Origin: Lingula anatina
Taxonomy: Eukaryota > Animalia > Brachiopoda
DNA length: 64,000 bases
Direction: 5' to 3'
NCBI GenBank assembly: GCA_051362555.1
Contig: CM120645.1
Span: 6,076,001 to 6,140,000, forward strand
The notes beneath the pieces are model-generated. The model saw only the letters and a program-made list of their open reading frames with translations. It was not told the DNA's origin and searched no databases. The number at the start of each line of letters is the position of its first letter. Within the stretch, counting starts at the first letter, position 1. Shown here in pieces: positions 1 to 30,526 of this stretch. A program made the translations under genes and the position numbers.

Positions 1-561
1 TTGCACAATGGGAGTGCGTTGAAAACATACCGCGCGATGATTTAAAGAATAAGAAAATGTCTTCATCATTTTGTTTTAGGAAAGCACGAACAACGACCAT
101 ACGAAGAGTTGTCGACGTGCTGGACAATATTACATTTGTCAGAGACAATTAATCACTGTAAATCTGATGTAAAGGATAGGGTAGGGTGCCCAAAAAGAAA
201 TGGAGGATTGGTAAAAATCTTTGTTTGACCACAATAACGCCATCTTTGTGAAATCTGATAACCAAGATCTTCATGTGTCTTACCACTCACCTCTTTTATA
301 CATAAAATAAGATAATTAGTATTCATATCCATATTCCAAAAGGCGAAAGTTCGTTGCAATTTTTAAAAACAACACTGTTATAATATCGGCACGAAATATA
401 TCATTCGAGACATCTTCAGGCACTTGTTTCAGGACATGAGGCCACCCCTTATATTTTGAAGAATAGTAGAAAGAGATAAGGTCTGATATAAACATAATTA
501 GTGCTTGGCACGGCTTTATGCAACATTTACGCATACTTGTTTTATGGACGACTGACAAGTG

Positions 562-597
562 TATATAAGCTCACTTTTCGTCGGAGAGTCAGTCAGT
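562..597 (+). promoter_or_regulatory. TATA box plus initiator of the secreted Cys-rich peptide gene
   Basis: TATATAA at 562-568, followed ~29-33 nt later by tandem TCAGT initiator-like motifs (589-597). The ATG is at 654. Confidence 0.6.
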
Positions 598-653
598 AAG
601 ACATCTACAGGCCGATATATTTGATAGTTGCTGCTCATTCTCTAACGGCTAAA

Positions 654-1511
654 ATGAAGACGTGTGTTCTCATCGTGCTTTTGGTTGTTGCGGCTGTTGT
701 CATTGAAGGTACACGAATATGAATTGTATTAACAATAATTGTAAATGCATCGCGGCAAGAGGCTACATGGTTATTATAAGAGAGGGTTTATAATGAAATA
801 TTTGTAGTAGAGAACACTGGTTGTCTGTATCCGTCCACACACACACACACACACACACACAAGCAAACACACACACACACACAAACACACGCAAACACAC
901 ACGAACACACGCACACGCACACACACACACACACGCACACACACACAAACACGCACACACTGTGGATTGCATGATCCCAATTTTCTTCAAATTTTAGAGA
1001 CCACCGCCAGACTCGACGCCACGTGCACCTGTTGCGGCAAAACCTGTTCCGGGTCAAGCTGTAGTTGTGATGACAACTGCAATTGCAGCGCTTCTGATGT
1101 CAAAGTAAAAACCGTAAGTGTTCTTGAATTGTAGTTATTATTCTTTTTTCTCTCTTTTCGTGTGTCAATATCTCTTTATTGGGACGGGTACTCTCTGAAC
1201 ACATGGTGGGCTAGTAGCCTGTTACCAAATTATTGTATTGCTTAATTTAATTTTGTATAACATTTAAAAGCCTCTGATTTCAGAGGGTTGGGATTGGGGG
1301 GGGGGGGGGGGGCGTTTGTCCTACATATACCTTCCACTTTTCCTTGTAATACAATGTAAGTACGGTTCAAATCTCGCCATGTTCGAATCTCTGAATGCAC
1401 CTAAGCTTGATGAAACCATTTCGTACAATACTAAGTTTTAAATAACCATGCAAATCACCTGTGTCTCTGATTATTAATTTTCAGGCATCAAGCTCTGCAG
1501 GAGTACAGTAA
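654..1511 (+). CDS. Small secreted cysteine-rich peptide (~65 aa) with metallothionein-like Cys spacing
   Basis: Exons 654-708, 998-1113 and 1485-1511 have GT-AG sites and consistent phases (1, 0). Translation: [65 protein letters not shown]. Exon 1 is a hydrophobic signal peptide. AATAAA at 1745 and 1761. Exon 3 is less certain than exons 1-2. Confidence 0.75.
835..960. repeat. Imperfect (CA)n microsatellite in intron 1
   Basis: Directly visible CA repeat; it explains the spurious VCVC ORFs on the minus strand. Confidence 0.95.
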
Positions 1512-2288
1512 AGACATGATACAAAACTATTGCTGTTGCGGTTGCCCGTAGAGCCATTCTTTATTGGAGAAATATGAAAAATCACTGGACCATCTCTCCT
1601 GCAAATTTTCAACAGCGAACTGAAATATTGTTTCTATACTTTCAACTGTAATACATGATATATGATTAGAAAAAATACGGTAACTTGAGTACTGAATATT
1701 TCAACAGAAATAGACTTTTGGGCAATACGCATTCATTTTCGAGAAATAAAGAGAGATCCCAATAAAAAAAGCATTTTCTTCTATCTGTTTTCTTTCTGTT
1801 TCAAAAAGCTGCCCCTAGCTATTATATTAGTTAACAGCGTGTATTACTTTATGGGGAAGCACACGTATTAGCTTTACCATAATCACGAATTGATAAAATG
1901 CATATGTCAATCCGAGGGTTTGATTCGAGGGCTCGTACGCATTTCACAGTATCAGACGCGACACCGCTCTTGCCTAGTACGCGATGTGATCGGGACGATT
2001 CTTAGCGGGGTTGAAAAGCATTGCATCACCATTCAAAATTTGTTCAGGGTATGATAATGTGTAATGCGTACTGACTCACACCTTGAAAACGGGTAGTGTG
2101 GTCTGATCTACAGGTGAATTCAGGATCATTCGGTGCCGAGTCTGGTAGTTGGGTAGGCCTGCAGTTGATCAGTGGACTCATTAGATCAAAGACCCACTTG
2201 AAAGCGAGGCGAGATTTAATTGCTCTGCCCCTGCTGGGAGGGGGGAACCCATTATCAAGTGCTCGCCATATTTCATCTGCGTTAGTAA

Positions 2289-2503
2289 GGCTCTATTCCC
2301 ATAGATTTTAGATCGATCTATCCCCGCGGGGAGTCTCGCTAGATTACTTTCAGATAATCCGACTCAAATGTCCGTCCCGCCTACTACAAGCTGTAAGGGG
2401 ATAATTAACTTTCGTGTCCGCCCGGCTGACAGCTATTTAGCGTGAACCCCCAGGGAGTTAGGTCGATCTAAAGTAGGTCGATCTAATCTATGGAAATGGG
2501 GTG
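2289..2503. mobile_element. MITE, probably PIF/Harbinger-type
   Basis: Imperfect terminal inverted repeats (ggctctattcccatagatt...aatctatggaaatggggtg) with inner inverted tagatcgatcta/taggtcgatcta motifs. TAA flanks both sides. Confidence 0.5.
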
Positions 2504-4640
2504 TAAGACGCTCAGCTGGTTGTGTACGCGACCTTAGCTACTTATGTCAGTATTCGACAAAAGACATTTAGCACAGCTTTCCTACTGTGATAATCTAAGA
2601 GGGCATTCACAACAGATGGTCCTTGGATCTACTGATTCGCGGATCAAGTATGGCGGACCCTATATGAAAGAAGAGCCGAGCCAATGTGAAAAGGCCTTCA
2701 CTCTCCTCCGGTTATAATCTCAAAAATAAAAACGTTTTCAGGGGAACAGCGTACTGTCGTGAAACGTTTTTCGCACGACATTTAACTTATTTTACACTAA
2801 ATTTTGGTCTCTCGTCAAACATCAAAACCACAAAATTAGTCTTTCAATGGGAGCCGAGATATATATAGGGGTTAAATCAGACCTGGGATATGGGGCATAA
2901 TAAAAGCACATGTACATGTCACCTAAACCATAGGCCCCACGTCTTATGCCAATTAACAGCGACAATGTACTTGTCTCAACGGTGACGGCGGTAATTTAAA
3001 GAAAAACGTATTACAAATATCACTAGCTGTTTCCAATTGAACCAGTACGAAAAAGCTACTAAGTAAGTTAGTAGATCAAAATTAGATAAAAGTCACACCA
3101 ATATGATAAAAAATCCTCACCTCGAACTTCTGCGTCTGTTCGGCACAGGTTTGAAATACATACAACGCAGACAAAGAACACAAAATGCTGTTCCATTACG
3201 CCTCTTCTATTCAGATGTGGCGTAGACGTAAACAGCGGCAAGTCAGCGTACGGTAACCTAGTCCTCAATTCGAAATTATCTTAATCTCCTAAACGTGTAA
3301 CAGCAAAGGAATTATGATTATGGGAATATGAATTCTAACTGGACACTTGAATCCCAACATTACCATATATCTACTTATTGGCATGATAGTATAGGTTTGG
3401 TGAGTTTTGTAACAGGAATGACCATTGGTAGTTTTCCAGGTCAATCCTCGAGTTTGCATGTTCACAAATCAAATATTACGGTCACACTTGTTATATTGCA
3501 AGAGGCATCAAAACGATCGTGCGACTTTATAAGGAGGCGCAATACCAAAAGGACCTAGGGTCAGCCTAACAGTTCATGTATGCCATCATTCTTTCGGTGT
3601 GTCAAGTTAAACCGTTTTGTTTTGTTATTCTGGTCACCTAAAAATAAGCGTCTGTGAACTCGTTGAAATAACGCGGGCACGTGGGAACTCGACAGGCCGA
3701 AAGAGGATTACACAAGCAAATACTCTAACTCCAAGGGCGTTTGGGCTGCCGGTCTTAGTTTTACATTACCAATTTGAACTTCACATCCGGTACGTGCCAA
3801 CGACTTCATTTTCATGCAGTCTATTTTTAAGATTATCAGTTACGGATGTGAAATTCAGACAATGACAAGTCCAGGGCGTCACAGTGTTAAAAAGACCCCC
3901 CCCCCCTCCCAGCTACTGAGGTACCTTTTCCCCATGCTTCGTTTCCCTCTAAAATTAAGTATGTTATAACAAGTGAAATTAGATCAAATCAAGCTGTCTT
4001 TCCATTTCTGTACTTTACATATTACAGTCTGTACCTTACATATTACAGTAAAATGTCCTTGGATGCTAATTTATTTTCGCGTTGTTTTGCTCGGCAATCT
4101 TTTAATTTAATCATGTCCCCCACCTCAACCAAAACATCCTGAAGCCGCCAGTGTTATATGTAGCCCTACCTTTCTGCGTCATTGTATGAGTGGAAAATGT
4201 ATAACAAAAGATCAATTGGGTTATTTTAGGTCGAACGAGTTGGATATGGAACCATACTTTACACTGTCCAGAAAGCATTCCGTGTTGTCCCGCCCACTTT
4301 TCGTTTCAACAAAAGCTGAATATCCCCAACTGTAATTGACCTGAAAATCACGTGAAAATCATGACTGGCCAAGGTTTCCCCTAAGAGAAACAAAATATAT
4401 GCTTGCGTGATAGTTCTAAAAAAGAACCCAGGGCAGGGCGCAATGCGATGCGGTTCCTATACCCTCTACCAGGGCGACAGATTGATTTACCACAGATATT
4501 CACAGATATGCCTATAAATAAATAGACAGTCATTTTTCAGGCCTACCCAACTACCAGACTCGGCACCTAAGGATCCTGAATTAACTGGTATATCGGACCA
4601 CACTACCCGTTTTCAAGGTGTGTGTCAGATCGCATTTCAG

Positions 4641-4913
4641 ATTTGTCTTTTACCTGAGCACCCACGATCACCGTTTCAACGCCGATTTAATGACACTATT
4701 TAGTACTCCAAAACCATGCCGGCGATATGTCTTAAGTCTTAGTTCAGATTTTATCACTGATAAAGCAAAATAATGCCTTTGCTTAATGAAAATATGAAAT
4801 TAGGGGCTCAGAACTCCATAACAAAAACATTTAAACCAAAATGACGACATCGGATTGTAGCCTATACGCTCCTGGTGAACTCTGCCAATTTTCGTGATAA
4901 AATCTTGTTCAGG
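4641..4913 (+). repeat. Dispersed repeat (~275 bp), probably a non-autonomous DNA transposon fragment
   Basis: Reverse-complement match over its length to 48539-48810. Confidence 0.8.
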
Positions 4914-5016
4914 GATGAAATTACCCAGTACTCCCCATCCCATTGCTATCTCACCTCAAAATAGAAAGGTGTACGTTAAACTGACGATGAAAGCTTTGAG
5001 TTGCCTACTCTCTCTC

Positions 5017-5052
<36 letters not shown>

Positions 5053-5157
5053 ATACTCACACACAAATATACTTATTTTGACTAGACTCTGAAATAGGCA
5101 TTATGTTGACCGTGGTCGACTGGCGTAATTTATGTATGTTCCATGCATATATTTCAG

Positions 5158-6493
5158 CTAGGGGGGTTGAACAGTGGGAGTACCACTCCTTATATCACTA
5201 TGGTTTGTCTTTGTCTGTTTCTGGCCTGGCAAATAGCATCAATGGTCATCATACTGGTCAACTGGTGGCGGCATTGGTCAGCCTGGTACCTTATAAATGT
5301 GGGTCACATTTCACTTTCATGAGACAAAGCATCCTCTTTGTTTTTACTATCTGGTGCTATGATGTAGTAACAATTGTTATCCTTCCGTTTAGCATTCCAG
5401 AATTATGAATTGTCGCTGAGTAGGTATGATTTGTTGGTTTTTTCCTGTTTATTTCAACTTTTGTAAAATTACTTAAATGTAAGTTTCTGCTTCAGCATTC
5501 ATTCATAAGCATTGGCGTTCCAAAGTAAAATCCGAGTCGCATGGGAACGAAACACGCTAACGCCTTGTGTACATATATTATATTCACATTTCATTTTAAC
5601 ATTATAGACAGATTCATCGGCAACTATCAACGGAAAAAGTGGCGAATTCTTTAAAATCACAGCAAGACAAGTAAACAACTTCTCATTCTTAGGAGTTGCA
5701 TTGACTTGCGGGCAAATTGATATCTTGCAAGCTAAACTTCTGCATAGGCACGGTAAGTATGTTCTTTTGCTTAGTCCACGTTCCATGGCCAGCCTCAACC
5801 CAATCCTAACCTCCACCAGGGTTTTTCTCTAGTTGTTACAAAATTCGGCGTCTTTCATCCACGTTTGTAATAGCAAGAAAAGACTGCGAAATCCCCTGGT
5901 GGAGGTATACCCAGTCCTTCCGTCCACTGAACTTTGCAACTCTCTTTCTCCCTCTTTCTCTCTCTCTTAGTCTCTGTCGTAAACCCTAGGCGTAAGTTAT
6001 AGTCTTACCTGTCACTTTTTATCATTCATGTGATGAATGCCTTTTTTGTTCCATTTACCTGAAGGTCAGTATCAGTGCTGGCAATTAAAGAGCAAGAAGC
6101 CTGCAGTTGATTTTAGAGTGCACAAATAGTTTATGCGAGAGGGCACACTCCTTTGTGCTTCACAGTCATAATAGCTGAAAGGTCTGTATCATCAACATGA
6201 ACTGCAGATATTTCAGCAGTTCCTAAAAGTGTCGTTACATTTTTCTTACCCTTGTCATATTTTTATTCAACTTTCATTAATTCAGTGTCGGAGATCCATA
6301 TGTGATGTTGTACAACACGTCGTACCACAGCGAACACTTCAAAATTCCGTTACGAAGCCTTTTCCTCATAAGCATCCTTTATATTTCGAGCCTGGTAGTC
6401 CACGGCATGTTATTCCTTCACCCCTTCGATAGCATGGATGTTGACAGTGTAAATATTACGACTGTAGCTCCTTTGATGACGACAACGTATTAA
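5158..6493 (+). pseudogene. 3-TM membrane protein family, copy A (partial, frameshifted)
   Basis: Exons 3 (5158-5298), 4 (5608-5752) and 5 (6286-6493) are homologous to copies B-E (AWYLI, FFKITARQ, LQAKLLH, VHGM). A 2-nt AT insertion near 6300 gives CAT ATG TGA (stop 6303-6305). Exons 1-2 are not recognisable upstream. Confidence 0.75.
5809..5906. mobile_element. Very short MITE-like inverted-repeat element in an intron of copy A
   Basis: Terminal inverted repeat acctccaccagg ... cctggtggaggt. Confidence 0.5.
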
Positions 6494-8213
6494 CCAGATC
6501 ACTTTATGTACCGACATAGGCCTATGGCGATAATTCTGTAAATTATTGAATTATTGCGTTTTAGTTACACATTAGCGCATTCAAGATGTCAGGAAGGGTG
6601 TGTGGGTTTTATTACAGTAAATTGTGGTGTATATTTGCTGATTATACCGGGTATGGTAATGACAAAATATGTATCATAAACTGTTATTATTATTATTATT
6701 TTCTTTAAATTGATTCATGTACATATAGTTTTCAAAAAAAAAAAAACGACTGTAAATAACGGATGAGTTCCACATTAAGGTTGCGATTGAAACTTACAAA
6801 AAATGTCGAATAGAAAAGTATTTCTTGTCTAAATTTACCTTAAGTCTGTGATGTTAGACCAAATATATTTGCTTGGTTCCAAAATACTTCTGGTATTTCA
6901 GACATTTTGTTTAGTATAGTTTTTATCGTGTAACTTGTGAAACTATGACTCAAACGTTCATTTATAATGCTAGCTTGAATGCATTCACTAAGATCCACAT
7001 TTGAGTTCAGTGGTTGACATTTCACTACAATTATTGTCCACATATATATTTGAAAAGTTTTGATGATTTTCGCTTTATGTACAGTTTGTAAAACTGTTTT
7101 TGCGTGCAGAAAAATAGAATTTTAAAAGAAAATTAGCACACTATCCCTGATGTTGCCTGCAGTGTGTCGGTTGTTCACATGGAAGCTTTTCAAGTAATAT
7201 TTGGGGAATAAAGATCGTATTATAATGCATGTATTTAAAAGATTTTCATAAATGACAAGTTCAAAAAACATCAATGGGAATGAAAAACATTAATATACAT
7301 TCTTGCTGTTATATGTTAATCTGATAACCAAAAAGTACTTACAGAGTTCCGCCTACAAAACAACTTCGAGAAAAAAGTTACTAAACAAGTAAACCCTTGA
7401 CTACATAAAAAAGCCATTGACAAAAGAACTTCTTTCCATAGAAAAAACATAGCTAATGAAACCTTACAATGTGTACAAGAATACGGTTGGTGTTAAGTAG
7501 AGAGTAATAGTCTCATTCAACGCAATGACCACCTTGTCACAACTGCTGCAATGAATAAGTGTTACCTCTATTACAATGGAAGTTGGCAATATTTTTCCGT
7601 TGCTACCGTTAATGAAAATAAAACATATTGTAGAATCATTTACATACAGAAAAAGTTTGACGTATTTTTTCTCAAAACCATACATTGTAATGATCCCTTC
7701 ACCTGTTAACAACACGCGTGAGCCACACCTTTTGTGTTTTTTGAGCAGGCTCAAAAGACCTGAATGCTTCTGCGTTCCATTTATATATTGATCGGGTCAG
7801 ACTTTTGTTGTCATAAACGTGGGTTTATTGTTGAATAAGTCGGTGGTCAAAACGAGGCTGACTACTCTTCTTGGAATATACAGAGGGATCCGAAATGCTT
7901 TTTGTTTCTCTAATCATATTCATTTCATTGGACTTTTATTCTTCTTCATATTAACTCTACCTTGTTCGATTTCTTTATTCAGCAACTTTTGAGTAAAAGA
8001 ACATCGCTGCCCTTTTTGTGTTTTGAAAGAAGTGCGATCACGTTTCACAGATCGTTAACCATCAAGGTAAAATGCGAGGTAATAATGATTTTTAGTCACC
8101 CGGTACTTTCAATGTCAAAGGCGACATACGGCAGGGCTGTGGCATAAAACCGGGTTGTTGCTAGATTGAATTGAGATATAGTGTGTTAATATAATCTTAT
8201 GCTCACTTACGCC

Positions 8214-27687
<19,474 letters not shown>

Positions 27688-28190
27688 CCACCATCCTCCC
27701 CAAGCCATCTACCAGTAGCATCCCGACCTTCAGGGCGCCCCGATTATACACGAATGCCTTGCATGTAACGGAGACAGCGAATTCAGTTGCCAATGCAAAC
27801 TTAATCCCATTATAATACCCCTAGTGGTTAACGCTGTATCTTGTGTTTTTCTTTAGTCAAGTGTTTCAGCTACCAGTATATGCATTTATGTATCCTTATT
27901 AACCCAAGCGAAATTATAAGTAATACTCATATTATTATTATTATTATTATTATTATAAGTCCACTCATATATTCAGGGTTAAATGCCATTAGTGTTAACT
28001 TAAATCTTACATATTTATACCAAGTGATAATTTCATTATTCTGGGTAGCATTCAGAATACATCAATATTTGAAGACCACCTTTGTTAGATCGTAGATGGT
28101 CGTTTTTCATACCATTTGGCAGATTATGCTGTGTTGCTGGAAATGTTTCTGTGCAACACACGTTTAATGTTTTTTTTAATGCGTTTGTCT

Positions 28191-28956
28191 TAAAAGTATC
28201 AAATAAAACCGTATTTAAAACAAATTGAATTTTGATTAAAGATAAGAAAAAACTTATCACTAAATTTATCACTTAATATATCATACAAGTGCTTACCATA
28301 GGAACAAAAATCCTAAAACGAAATTTATAGAGAACCGACGGGAAGGGTAGCAAGCAAGAAGCTCCCTTGCTAGGACCATAGTAATAAAAGGGATTTCCAA
28401 ATCGGGAACATACATCCTCCAAATTGAAAGTGGATGTACCCTTAAATGTGCCGTAAACGGATCTAATTTGAAAACGCATGTCACAAATGAATAGGTAGGC
28501 CTACTAAAATAAAAAATATGTATGAAAATTTCTCGTTTATACTTTTGTAATCGTACCTTTTTAAAACGCACAAAACGCAATACGCAATTCCATGGTTCGT
28601 GTCAGCTTCACATTAAGTCGCTCAAAGAAAACCCAAGGACACATTATGGCCAGTGTAACGCTTTATTTGTTGACGCTCTCTAGCTGCACTGTACATGATC
28701 TACGTATAGACTTCAACTATGCCCATGGCTCACGTCCGTTTTCCAAGCACTCTCTGGCAGTCTCCCTAAATCTCTTCCAGATATTACTTCTGAAAGTCTT
28801 ATATACAAATTTCCTATCAAAGATAGAATCAATGATGCACTGTTTCACGGTGCATACTTATTTTAATTACTCAAATTGCACACGTCCACTTGCATTATAT
28901 TATTACATGCAAGGCGATAAAACGAGTCGAGTGCACGAGCAAGCGACTCCAATAAA

Positions 28957-29025
<69 letters not shown>

Positions 29026-29185
29026 CCACCCTTCCCGTCGGTTCTCTATAAATTTTGTTTTAGGATTTTTGTTCCTATGGTAAGCACTTGTATGATATAT
29101 TAAGTGATAAATTTAGTGATAAGTTTTTTCTTATCTTTAATCATAATTCAATTTGTTTTAAATACGGTTTTATTTGATACTTTTA
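28191..29185. repeat. Long inverted repeat (~163-bp arms) enclosing ~670 bp including a (TA)n tract; foldback/MITE-like
   Basis: 28191-28353 is a near-perfect reverse complement of 29023-29185. (TA)n at 28960-29021 abuts the right arm. Confidence 0.85.
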
Positions 29186-29190
29186 TATAT

Positions 29191-30350
29191 ATCCTGCCTT
29201 GCTTGGATACTCTTGGATACTCTTAGAAATATCTTTCTCAAACGAAGTAAGGAGCATTAAGAAAAATAGAAGTTACAAGGAACGTCTTTTGATTAATAGC
29301 GTTGAATCTTAAAATAATAATTATCCACCAAAGGATTGGTCAAAAATTAATTCACAGCTACGTATATTCAGTACTGTGTGTGTCTGCCCCTGCAAACCAC
29401 ACATGCTTCACAAGGCCTCCTCATTGAGATAATCAGTGTCTGGAAGGGCTGCTGTGGAACAGAACTCCAATCTTGGATGAGTCATTGAATGAGCAAGCTG
29501 GTTGCGTTTATCATTTATTATCATGAAATCATTATCTTAGCCCCCTTAATTTGAAACTTCCTCTAAGCCCATTGCAAGATTCCGCGTTCCGCTCCATGCA
29601 GCCGACATTATTCACTGAATTCAATAAGATGGAGGGGCTTAAAGTGTTTAGAGAAGCAGACAAAATTCACCATAAGAACAATTAAACATGTTTGTCTATG
29701 ATAGTGATTAACAGAAAATTGAAGACGGTTTCCCTTGGGTTTGATTTAAACGATTATTCTAATATTGATTTGAGGCATGATTTATAAAGTGTAGTTTTTA
29801 GCAAATATGTTCTAGCTATTGTGTCCTCATACCGAATTCATAAAAATGGCTTAATAAGGCAAAAGCACTTACAGTAGCACCATTTCTTGACCTATTTTGC
29901 AACAGATGTATATGGAAAATTTATCAAAATAACAAATAGGATTTAAATGTAAACAGTCACTTGATTTTTGTGCTTCCTGCACACTTTGCAACATTGCCTG
30001 TCCCTTACAGGGTTTGCTATCTATAGTGTTTCTTGGTACTGGGAGGCGATTTGAGAATTTTTCTGTTCCCCGAAGGATTTGTGACATTCAAGGGGAGTGC
30101 CTGGAACGTCTTTCAACTACCAATTACTTCATTGTATTACATGCAAAAATAAATTTCCTTAAAATATTGTTTACGTTAAAACAGTATATTTCTATGTAAA
30201 ATTCTGCATGCCTGCAAACCATAAAAATACACGAGTTCCCAACTTTTTACGTCATTCACTACGATCTACCATCTGAAGTATTAGAACATTTAATTTGCAT
30301 GACTATTTACCCCCCGTGTTAAATCTGTAATCTGTAATAGATTACCTTTC
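29191..30350 (+). repeat. Non-coding segments X (29191-29780) and Y (29978-30350), duplicated downstream
   Basis: X matches 37771-38360 (gctgctgtggaacaga, aacagaaaattgaagacggtttc). Y matches 37171-37530 (ttcttggtactgggaggcgat). Confidence 0.8.
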
Positions 30351-30456
30351 CTTGTTTTCATCTGTTGTTCAGCTTAAAGCAGCAGTCGATATGGCATCTT
30401 ATGCAATTTTTTTCATAAACATCTTACCGCCATTTATTGTATGGCGTGCTATCAAC

Positions 30457-30465
30457 TATAAAGGT
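30457..30465 (+). promoter_or_regulatory. Putative TATA box of the SMB-like gene
   Basis: ctataaagg about 65 nt upstream of the ATG at 30527. Confidence 0.4.
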
Positions 30466-30526
30466 TTGTAAAGAGCGTGCAAACTGGATATTGGAAAGGG
30501 TGCAGTGGTAGCTTGCGGTCTTTACA

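Noticed and set aside
80-172. Possible terminal exon of an upstream gene (ESTNNDHTKSCRRAGQYYICQRQ..), faintly like a C-type lectin C-terminus
   Set aside because: It has a plausible acceptor, but the WND motif is absent, another frame is also open, and upstream exons lie outside the window.
763-1057. Three Cys/Val-rich minus-strand ORFs
   Set aside because: They are translations of the (CA)n microsatellite; the real coding exon is on the + strand.
5103-5408. 101-aa ORF from the track
   Set aside because: Wrong frame across exon 3 of copy A; the frame homologous to the paralogs starts at 5158.
28592-29083. 163-aa ORF
   Set aside because: It runs through a (TA)n tract and an inverted-repeat arm, with no motif or splice support.
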